Assembly: GCA_965221165.1 (NCBI GenBank)
Contig: CBDCRP010000002.1
Coordinates: 800,001-864,000, forward strand
From: a bacterium
Lineage (GTDB): Bacteria; UBA8248
DNA: 64,000 bases
Direction: 5' to 3'
The notes under the pieces were generated by a model. That model saw only the letters and a program-made list of their open reading frames with translations, was not told where the DNA came from and did no database searches. The position numbers and the translations under genes are program-made. Shown here in pieces: positions 10,514 to 18,233 of this stretch (positions within the stretch are counted from its first letter, which is position 1; each line of letters opens with the position of its first letter).

Positions 10514-10541
10514 GTAGGGGCGGTTCGCGAACCGCCCCTAC
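10514..10541. repeat. GTAG-type REP palindrome
   Basis: Perfect palindrome GTAGGGGCGGTTCGCGAACCGCCCCTAC; identical copy at 28844-28871. Confidence 0.9.
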
Positions 10542-10588
10542 GGGAACACATACCCCGCAGTAATCACACATGCCCGCCTCTACATCGG

Positions 10589-10751
10589 CCTCACCCTGAG
10601 TAGCGGCCGAAAGTTAAACGCGACTGAGAAAGGAGCGTTTGTATCGAAGGTCAGTTCCAACTGAAAAAGGAGGAACTGCATTCCTGCGCCTCTGGGGGAG
10701 AAGCGACTCCCATCCTTCGATACGACGCTTGCGCGCCTACTCAGGGTGAGG
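10589..10751. repeat. Nested inverted-repeat element
   Basis: CCTCACCCTGAGTAG...GTATCGAAGG / CCTTCGATAC...CTACTCAGGGTGAGG. Confidence 0.85.
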
Positions 10752-10801
10752 AAAAAGGCGTTGGCGGTTTGCGGAGGTCGCAGACGGGGGTGTCGCTTTT
10801 A

Positions 10802-10936
10802 CCCCCCTGACAAGGGGGGGTAGGGGGGGTTGGTTTTTAAGCCTGGGGAGGATGAGCGGGGCGAGTGAAGCATGATTCCCTCCGAACTCCCCATCCCTCC
10901 TTACCTTGAACCCCCCAACCCCCCTTGTCAGGGGGG
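10802..10936. repeat. Inverted-repeat element
   Basis: CCCCCCTGACAAGGGGGG...GGGGGGTT / AACCCCCC...CCCCCCTTGTCAGGGGGG. Confidence 0.85.
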
Positions 10937-10948
10937 CTTTTTTAACAA

Positions 10949-11113
10949 CCCCTTGAGGGTCTGGCTTCCCGAGGGGAAAGCCAGACGAAGAAGCCGAACC
11001 GAAAGGTGAAGGCTGATTCGTTGGGGGGGACAATTCTAAATGGGCAGCTGCCCCCACCGATTCGGTTTCGGGTTTACACCCTCACCTCATCGACTCCCCC
11101 TCAAGGGGAGAGT
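10949..11113. repeat. Palindromic MITE-like element (related copy at 13187-13399)
   Basis: CCCCTTGAGGG...GAAGCCGA...GAAGGCTGA.TCG.TGGGGGG / CCCCCACC...TTCG.TTTCGGG.TTAC.CCCTCA...GACTCCCCCTCAAGG.G.GAGT shared by both copies. Confidence 0.8.
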
Positions 11114-11524
11114 AATTCTGCAACACGACAACGCAGGGCCGAACCCTCGCCACCAACCTAATCGTCTCCCCTCCCCCTCTTCGGCTTCATCAAAAACGCG
11201 CCCAGGGCGGGCAGCAGGGCGATGGCGCCGACCATGTTGACCAGGAACATGAACGAGAGCACCGTGCCCATGTCGGCCTGTAGCTTGAGCGCCGCGAGGA
11301 TCCAGGTCGCCACCCCCACCGCCAGCGTGAGGCCGGTGAGCACCACGCCCGCGCCCGTGGTGGCGAGCGTTCGCTCATAGGCCTCGGCGAAATCGAGCCC
11401 CTCTCTCATATAGGCGAGAAGCCGCCCGCAGATGTATATCCCGTAATCCACCCCGATGCCGACCCCCAACGCCACCACCGGCAGGGTGGATACCTTGAGG
11501 CCGATCTCCAAAAACGCCATCAGC
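11096..11524. repeat. 429-bp direct repeat of the RND gene 3' end (other copy 13463-13891)
   Basis: Offset 2367 bp. One mismatch seen (11511 A vs 13878 G). Produces the orphan 122-aa ORF 11158-11526, which matches the RND C-terminus. Confidence 0.95.
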
Positions 11525-11642
11525 ACTCAGACCAAGGTGGTGAGTATTTTTCCGGTTTGCATTTCTGCTTTTCGAATTGTTCTTGATATTTCGGCCAATA
11601 TAAGACATATTGTTATTATTTATTGTTTAATAAGGACAACAG

Positions 11643-12248
11643 ATGAACATGCAACTGAAAGCGCAACCCCAAGAAATCTTCCGCAAACACGGCGGCCAGC
11701 TTCGAATGAGCGAGGCTCTCGCTTGCGGGATCACGCGCTACACCCTATATGCGCTCAGAGACAGGGGCGTCGTCGAGCAAATCACCAGGGGGGTCTACCG
11801 CCTTCGGGAACTGCCCCCGCTCGACAATTCGGATCTGGTGATGGTGAGCCTCCGCTTTCCCAAGGCCGTCGTTTGCCTCGTCTCCGCACTTGCCTGGCAC
11901 GGCATCACGACACAAATACCACATATGGTTTCCGTGGCGGTGCCGAAGGACTCGCGAACGCCGACGCTCGACTACCCCCCCGTCAAGGCGCACAAATTCT
12001 CGCATGAAGCATACGAAACCGGGATCGAGGAACATATGCTCGATGGAGCGCCCGTCAAGATATACAACCCTGAAAAAACCCTGGCCGACTGCTTCAAGTT
12101 CCGAAACAAGATTGGGATGAACGTCGCCCTCGAAGCACTGAAACTCCACAAGGCGCGAAACGGGATCAACCTCGTCAATCTCCTTGAATACGCCAGGGTT
12201 TGCCGGGTCAAAAACGTGATGCGGCCCTACCTGGAGATGCTCGTATGA
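11643..12248 (+). CDS. Type IV toxin-antitoxin AbiEi-family antitoxin
   Basis: N-terminal wHTH (ITRGVYRL), VCLVSALAWHGITTQIP, IYNPEKTLADCFKFRNKIG, CRVKNVMRPYLE. Confidence 0.9.
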   Translation: MNMQLKAQPQEIFRKHGGQLRMSEALACGITRYTLYALRDRGVVEQITRGVYRLRELPPLDNSDLVMVSLRFPKAVVCLVSALAWHGITTQIPHMVSVAVPKDSRTPTLDYPPVKAHKFSHEAYETGIEEHMLDGAPVKIYNPEKTLADCFKFRNKIGMNVALEALKLHKARNGINLVNLLEYARVCRVKNVMRPYLEMLV

Positions 12249-12328
12249 CGCCTCCGAGAAACGTGCCCGCCTCCGTGCGGCAACTCCTACCAAGGTGGCG
12301 TCGCTGTTTCCTCGAAACTAAATCATAA
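12245..12328 (+). pseudogene. N-terminal stub of AbiEii nucleotidyltransferase toxin
   Basis: ATGA overlap with the abiEi stop. MTPPRNVPASVRQLL resembles the AbiEii N-terminus (N.aASVrqRLln), then stops after 27 aa. Confidence 0.7.
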
Positions 12329-12346
12329 AACGGAAGGGATGCGTCC

Positions 12347-12928
12347 ATGAAATCGTTCCTGTGTGCAGTTACGTTAATTCTTCTCGTCGGTTTACCGGTG
12401 TTCTCTGGTGCGGCACAGCCCTCTGAAAAGCAAAAAGCCGAATGGGAAGAAAAAAGGAAGGCCAGAGAAAAAATAGAGAACCGATTCAAGCTTTACAATC
12501 ATTGTCGCCCCCTATACCTCCGGGTAGAACCCTTGTTTTATGATTTAGATAAAGCCGAAAAGATTGGTGTCACTGTTCCGATTGTTTTTCAGATGTTTCG
12601 AAATAGACTTCAGGCAACACGGATGTACAAAGGGATGCTAATTCATATGTATCAGAAGGGGGAAAATGAACCCTACCTATATGTGAACGTGGAATTTCTC
12701 AAAAAGAGTAATGCTTTTTCGTTCTCAATTCAATTTCGAAAGCATTTCGTTGATCCGTTATCGGGAAACATTCAAGACTATGCAACGACATGGGAAGACG
12801 GGACAATAGGAATACATGGCGGTGACCGAAATTTCATACTATATTCAATTTCAGAAGTCCTAGACAATTTCTTGACTGATTACTTCGAGGCTAACGAGAA
12901 AGCTTGCGATATCCGGTTCAAGAAATGA
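12347..12928 (+). CDS. Hypothetical exported protein (AT-richer than flanks)
   Basis: 193-aa ORF with a signal-peptide-like N-terminus and a Cys near each end of the mature part. Confidence 0.65.
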   Translation: MKSFLCAVTLILLVGLPVFSGAAQPSEKQKAEWEEKRKAREKIENRFKLYNHCRPLYLRVEPLFYDLDKAEKIGVTVPIVFQMFRNRLQATRMYKGMLIHMYQKGENEPYLYVNVEFLKKSNAFSFSIQFRKHFVDPLSGNIQDYATTWEDGTIGIHGGDRNFILYSISEVLDNFLTDYFEANEKACDIRFKK

Positions 12929-13086
12929 GCTATTCGTCTTTATTGTCATCAACCTTCAATTCGGCCCGAAGCCTTACGGGCTTGACCAGAGTCGTTTGTG
13001 TAACGACACGACTGCCGTCAGGCTGTTCACGATAGGTAGTCGTATTCCATCAATCCGTATTCGGAGCGTAGGGATCGCATACGGAA

Positions 13087-13462
13087 TTGTTGAAAAAGTT
13101 CTTCTCGTTCGGAATTCACCTCCACCAGCGCGGCTGCGGACTACACCCTTTTACAGCATTGCCAGCCAACGAGAGAGAAGAGAACCACTCCCCCCTTGAG
13201 GGGGAGTCGATGAAGCCGAGCGGTTTACGGGAAGGCTGAATCGGTGGGGGGTCAATCGCGACTGATGAAGGAGCGATTGCTTGCGGATCTGGAAATCATC
13301 GGTTCGCAAACCCTCTCTCCTCGGTCGGGTCTGTCCCCCCACCAGTTCGCTTTCGGGCTTACGCCCTCAGCTCACTGACTCCCCCTCAAGGAGGGAGTGA
13401 AGTCTCATCCTTCCCCGGTTGGTTCTATTCGCCAAATCTCGAAATAATAGCTTTTTCAACAA
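13087..13462. mobile_element. Putative non-autonomous MITE with 12-bp terminal inverted repeats, carrying a nested palindromic element
   Basis: TTGTTGAAAAAG (13087-13098) / CTTTTTCAACAA (13451-13462), no transposase. A similar end, CTTTTTTAACAACCCC, is at 10937. Confidence 0.5.
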
Positions 13463-13524
13463 CCCCCTCAAGGGGAGAGTAATTCTGCAACACGACAACG
13501 CAGGGCCGAACCCTCGCCACCAAC

Positions 13525-15864
13525 CTAATCGTCTCCCCTCCCCCTCTTCGGCTTCATCAAAAACGCGCCCAGGGCGGGCAGCAGGGCGATGGCGCCGACC
13601 ATGTTGACCAGGAACATGAACGAGAGCACCGTGCCCATGTCGGCCTGTAGCTTGAGCGCCGCGAGGATCCAGGTCGCCACCCCCACCGCCAGCGTGAGGC
13701 CGGTGAGCACCACGCCCGCGCCCGTGGTGGCGAGCGTTCGCTCATAGGCCTCGGCGAAATCGAGCCCCTCTCTCATATAGGCGAGAAGCCGCCCGCAGAT
13801 GTATATCCCGTAATCCACCCCGATGCCGACCCCCAACGCCACCACCGGCAGGGTGGATACCTTGAGGCCGATCTCCAGAAACGCCATCAGCGCGTAGGCG
13901 AGCAGGGAGACCAGGGCCAAGGGCGCGATGATGCAGACGGTCGCCGCCAGCGAGCGGAACGAGACCAGGCAGAGCAGAATGACCGCGGCGTACACGTAGC
14001 CCAGAATCGGGAACTGCGACGCCTCTATCTCCTCGTTCGTCGCCGCCATCACCCCGACGTTTCCCGCGGCGAGGCGAAAGGCGACCCGCGCGTCGCGCTC
14101 TTTTTCATTGAACGCCTTCACGGCGGAGACGACCCGGCGGATGGTCTGCGCCTTGTGGTCGGCGGTGTAGATGAGGACCGGCATCGCCGAGCAGTCGGAG
14201 TTCAGCAATCCGGTGCTCGTCGGCACGAGAGAGACCGATTCGGCGAGCGCGTGGCGGTTGCGAGGGAGCGTGCGCCACTTGAGGTTCCCCTCGTTCCAGC
14301 CGGCGTTGAGCTTGCGGACGATTCCGGCGAGCGCGACCACCGAGCGCACGCCCTCCACGTTCCTCATGCGCCACTCAAACTCATCGATGAGGCGCATCAC
14401 CCCGTAATCGACGCATCCTTGCGGTATGGTCTCCACGATCACCGTCAACACGTCCACGCCGATGTCGAAACGCTCGACGATGGCGGCGGTATCACGGTTG
14501 TAGATGGAACTTGCGCGCAATTCCGGCACGCCCTGGTGCTGGTCGCCCACGCGAACCTCGGGCGCGTAACTCGCGCCGAGAGCCAGCAGGGAGGCGGCGA
14601 CGGCTATCGTCACCATCGCGGGACGCGGCCTGGCCGCCCGCGCGGCGCGCGACCAAAGAGAATCCAAAAATCCCGCGCGCGCCGCACGCTCCCCTTCCCC
14701 TTCCGCCTTGAGATAGGAAAGCGCCACCGGCAGGAGGCCTAAGTTCGTGAGGATGATCGCGACCACCCCCAGGCTGGCGGTCACGGCGATCTCCTGAATG
14801 ACGCGCACGGGAATGAGCGAAATGGCCACGAACCCGATGGCGTCCGACGCAAGCGCCACGGAGCCCGGCAGCAGCAGGCGGCGAAAGCTCGCCCGCGCGG
14901 CGGGGACGCCGCCGCCCCCTTCGGCGCCCACCGCGTTCACCATCTGCACCCCGTGGCTGACTCCTATGGCGAAGACCAGAAACGGCACCAGGATCGACAT
15001 GGGGTCGACGCCGAAGCCCAGGCCCGTAAGCGCGCCGAGCTGCCAGACGACCGCGACGAGAGAGCACGCCAGAGGCATCGCCGTGAGACGAACCGAGCGG
15101 GTATACGCGTATACGAAAAGGGCGGTGATCACGACGGCGAGGCCGAAGAACAGCAGCACCTGGGCCGCGCCGTCCGCTATCTCGCCCACGACCTTGGCGA
15201 ACCCGATGATGTGGACGTTCGCGACGCCGCTCGCCTCGGCTTCCCGGCGGATGACCTCGAGAGCGCGCGCGACCTCCAGATAATCGAGCCGCTCGCCGGT
15301 GTTGGGGTGAAATTCCTGAAGCCTCGCGCTCACGAGCGCGCCGGAAAAATCGTTCGCCACCAGCCGGCCCACGATGCCCGCCTTGATGATGTTCTCGCGC
15401 ACCCGCGCGAGACCCGCCCTGGTCGGCTTGAAATCCGCGGGCAGCACGTTGCCGGCGACGATGCCGTCCTCGACCACCTCGTTGAAGCGCACGTTCGGCG
15501 TCACCACCGAATACACCTGGGTGCGATCGACCCCCGGCACGAAGAATACGGCGTCGGTCACCTTCTGAAGCAGGGCGAAGAACGCTGGGCTGAATATGTC
15601 GCCCTCGCGCGCCACCAGCGCCACCGCCACGCGGTCCGCGCCACCGAACGCGGCGCGATGCTTGAGAAAGGTGCGCATGTAGGCGTGTTCGAGCGGAACC
15701 AGCTTGGTGAAACCGGCGTCGACCCGCAGGCCCGTAGCCATCCAGGCCATCGCCAGCGTGATAAGGACGAACGCGGCTATGACCCACTTGCGGCGTGAAA
15801 ACAGCGCGCGCTCGAGCCACGCCGTAACGGAAGATGTTTCAGGAGAGGAGGGGGCGTCCGGCAT
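13525..15864 (-). CDS. RND/MMPL-family transporter
   Basis: 779 aa with two TM repeats; PFLVFAIGVSHGVQ and LGVGIGVDYGIY motifs. Confidence 0.92.
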   Translation of the reverse strand: MPDAPSSPETSSVTAWLERALFSRRKWVIAAFVLITLAMAWMATGLRVDAGFTKLVPLEHAYMRTFLKHRAAFGGADRVAVALVAREGDIFSPAFFALLQKVTDAVFFVPGVDRTQVYSVVTPNVRFNEVVEDGIVAGNVLPADFKPTRAGLARVRENIIKAGIVGRLVANDFSGALVSARLQEFHPNTGERLDYLEVARALEVIRREAEASGVANVHIIGFAKVVGEIADGAAQVLLFFGLAVVITALFVYAYTRSVRLTAMPLACSLVAVVWQLGALTGLGFGVDPMSILVPFLVFAIGVSHGVQMVNAVGAEGGGGVPAARASFRRLLLPGSVALASDAIGFVAISLIPVRVIQEIAVTASLGVVAIILTNLGLLPVALSYLKAEGEGERAARAGFLDSLWSRAARAARPRPAMVTIAVAASLLALGASYAPEVRVGDQHQGVPELRASSIYNRDTAAIVERFDIGVDVLTVIVETIPQGCVDYGVMRLIDEFEWRMRNVEGVRSVVALAGIVRKLNAGWNEGNLKWRTLPRNRHALAESVSLVPTSTGLLNSDCSAMPVLIYTADHKAQTIRRVVSAVKAFNEKERDARVAFRLAAGNVGVMAATNEEIEASQFPILGYVYAAVILLCLVSFRSLAATVCIIAPLALVSLLAYALMAFLEIGLKVSTLPVVALGVGIGVDYGIYICGRLLAYMREGLDFAEAYERTLATTGAGVVLTGLTLAVGVATWILAALKLQADMGTVLSFMFLVNMVGAIALLPALGAFLMKPKRGRGDD

Positions 15865-15874
15865 GGGTGAGAAT

Positions 15875-16849
15875 CTATTCGGCCCGGGGCAGGCGCTTGG
15901 CCCCGAACTCTCCCAGCAGCACCAACCCGCCGCCGGGGAGCGTGAGCGCCGTCGAGATTCCCTGGCGCGAGGCCAAAGGCTTGAACCCGGCGTCGATGGA
16001 GACGCTGCGTCCCCCGTCCCGGCTGACGAGCATGGTTCCTTCGAGGCCGGTGACGAGCAGGAGACCCGGCTTCACCCGAACCGCTCCGGTCAGGGTCGCC
16101 TTCGTCCCGGTGCGCACCTGCGTCCAGCTCTCGCCCCCGTCTTCGGAGCGAAACATGCTGCCCCTGAGGCCCAGCAGCAGCAACCTGTCCGCGTCGAGAG
16201 CGAGCGCGCCGAACCAGGAGCCGGCGTAGGGCGAGGACAGCTTGCGCCAGGTGGAGCCCCCATCGTCGCTGCGATATATCACGCCCGATTCTCCGGCTAT
16301 GAACAACCGTCCGGTACCTGCGGGAACCAGGGCGTTCAGATGAAAATCATCCTCCCCGATCGTTCGCGGCTTCCAGGTGCGGCCGCCATCTAACGTAGCG
16401 AGGAAATAGCCGTAAGCCCCCACGGCGAAGCCCACCTGTTCGTCGCGGAACCAGACGTCGAGGAGGGGGCGTTCTTCTTTCGGCGCGTAATGGACCAACC
16501 GCCAGCTCATGCCGCCGTCCTCGGTGCGCAGGATGACCGCGTCGTGCCCGACCGCCCAGCCGATGCGCGCATCGTGCATGTGCACCGCCGTCAGGAGAGC
16601 GCGGACGGGCACGCGGGCCTGTTTCCAGCTTGCGCCGCCATCGTCCGAAACCAGCGCGTGGCCGCGCTCTCCGAGCGCCACCAGGCGCGAACCGGCGGAA
16701 GCTCCATCGAGCAGCAGGGATTCAGGCGCAAGCCGCGCATGGATGGCCGGTTGGCCGCTCGCCGCCCCGAGGGGGAGCAGACAAGCGATGAGGCCGGGCA
16801 GCAGTCGCAGACGCAATCTTCTAAAAACGCCTGAGGCCGCCGGCCTCAT
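15875..16849 (-). CDS. YCF48-like BNR/Asp-box beta-propeller protein
   Basis: Repeated SxDGGxSW Asp-boxes, GERGH, WAVGHDAVILRT; signal peptide. Confidence 0.9.
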   Translation of the reverse strand: MRPAASGVFRRLRLRLLPGLIACLLPLGAASGQPAIHARLAPESLLLDGASAGSRLVALGERGHALVSDDGGASWKQARVPVRALLTAVHMHDARIGWAVGHDAVILRTEDGGMSWRLVHYAPKEERPLLDVWFRDEQVGFAVGAYGYFLATLDGGRTWKPRTIGEDDFHLNALVPAGTGRLFIAGESGVIYRSDDGGSTWRKLSSPYAGSWFGALALDADRLLLLGLRGSMFRSEDGGESWTQVRTGTKATLTGAVRVKPGLLLVTGLEGTMLVSRDGGRSVSIDAGFKPLASRQGISTALTLPGGGLVLLGEFGAKRLPRAE

Positions 16850-18204
16850 CTCCTGCCCATGCGGCGCAGCGCCGAGGGCGTGAAACCCCCGGAAGAGTAG
16901 TTCGTGCCGAAGACGTTCATGGGATATTCGTTATTAAGACCCAAGGCGAGGTAGCGCCCCGCCTGAACGTCGGTGTGCACCTCGAGGGTAAAGCCCATCA
17001 AGGGTTTTTCGTAATAGTTGACGACGTGCCCCTCCGATACGCGCCAGAGCTGATCCCGGTTGTCATAGATGTCGGCGAGCAGGATGATCCAGGAATCCTC
17101 ATCCACGTAGAACCGCCGTTTCTTGTAGAGGTGGCGCGCTCCTTTCTTGAGCGTCGCCTCGACCACCCAGACCCGATGCAGTTCGTAGCGCAGATGCTTC
17201 GGGTTGACGTGCAGCGGTTTGAGAATGTCGGCGAAGGTGATCTTGTCGCTGTGCAGCTTGTAGCTGTTATAGGGCACGTACATCTCGCGCTTGCCGAGGA
17301 GTTTCCAGTCGTAGCGGTCCATGGCCCCGTTGAACATGTCGAACTGATCGCTCGTCCTGAGCCCGTCCGAGGCGGTGCCCGGGTTGTCGTAGGCGACGTT
17401 CGGAGCGCGCCGCACCCGGCGCTGGCCTGGATTGTAGACCCAGACGTGGCGCGGCTCGGCGACCTGGTTGAGCGTCTCGTAGGCCAGCAGAATCCTGCCC
17501 GCAAGCCGCGCGGGCGCGGCCACCTTCTGCCGGAAGAGAATCGCCTTGTTCTGGAGTTTTTCTTCCGTCATGCCCGGCAGCGAATAGCGTATGAGGAACG
17601 CATCTTCGAGCTTGACGAGCGTATAATCGCCGCTTCGGGTGACGGCGGCCTGGCCGATGACGCGCGAGGCGGCCTCGCCCCGGTAGCGCAGCAGGTGATT
17701 CCAGATCACATGGGCTCCGTTTTTGGGAATCGGGAACGGAACCCCTATCACCGCGCCCGTAACCCCGTTGCCCCCCGCTGCGAGTTTCGCGGTGGCGGCG
17801 ACGCGCCGGGTGGCCTTGTAGATGCGCTTCGGGAACGCGGCGCTGCGGCGGGTCGGATAGACGGGAAGACCGAGCGTCGGGTAAATCTCCAGCATCTTCT
17901 GAAGCCCGGCCGAAAGTTTCTTGCGATACTTCGCCATGTTCTTGCCGGTGATGGTGAACAGGGGCTTGTCATCGGGATATGGGTCCGGATGGTGATCGCC
18001 GACCTTGTAGCCGGCCGGCGGGGTCGTGATGCCGCCCTTCCACTCCGGAATCGTTCCTGCGGCATTGCCCGCCCGTTCCGCCCCGAGGGGGGTGAGATCC
18101 TTACCCAGCCGGGCGATCTCATCGGCGGAAATCGCGGCGGCGGCGCTGGTCGCGACGAAGGTGAAAAGCATCGCGACGCTGATTTTCGATATGATGGTTT
18201 TCAT
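16846..18204 (-). CDS. DUF1329 domain protein (periplasmic, LolA-like lipoprotein-sorting family)
   Basis: LTPLGAERAGNAAGTIPEWKGG, WVYNPGQRRVRRAPNVAYD, RYELHRVWVVEATLK, FYVDEDSW. Confidence 0.92.
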   Translation of the reverse strand: MKTIISKISVAMLFTFVATSAAAAISADEIARLGKDLTPLGAERAGNAAGTIPEWKGGITTPPAGYKVGDHHPDPYPDDKPLFTITGKNMAKYRKKLSAGLQKMLEIYPTLGLPVYPTRRSAAFPKRIYKATRRVAATAKLAAGGNGVTGAVIGVPFPIPKNGAHVIWNHLLRYRGEAASRVIGQAAVTRSGDYTLVKLEDAFLIRYSLPGMTEEKLQNKAILFRQKVAAPARLAGRILLAYETLNQVAEPRHVWVYNPGQRRVRRAPNVAYDNPGTASDGLRTSDQFDMFNGAMDRYDWKLLGKREMYVPYNSYKLHSDKITFADILKPLHVNPKHLRYELHRVWVVEATLKKGARHLYKKRRFYVDEDSWIILLADIYDNRDQLWRVSEGHVVNYYEKPLMGFTLEVHTDVQAGRYLALGLNNEYPMNVFGTNYSSGGFTPSALRRMGRR

Positions 18205-18233
18205 GGCGGTTACCCCATTTTCATCGCTGTTGG

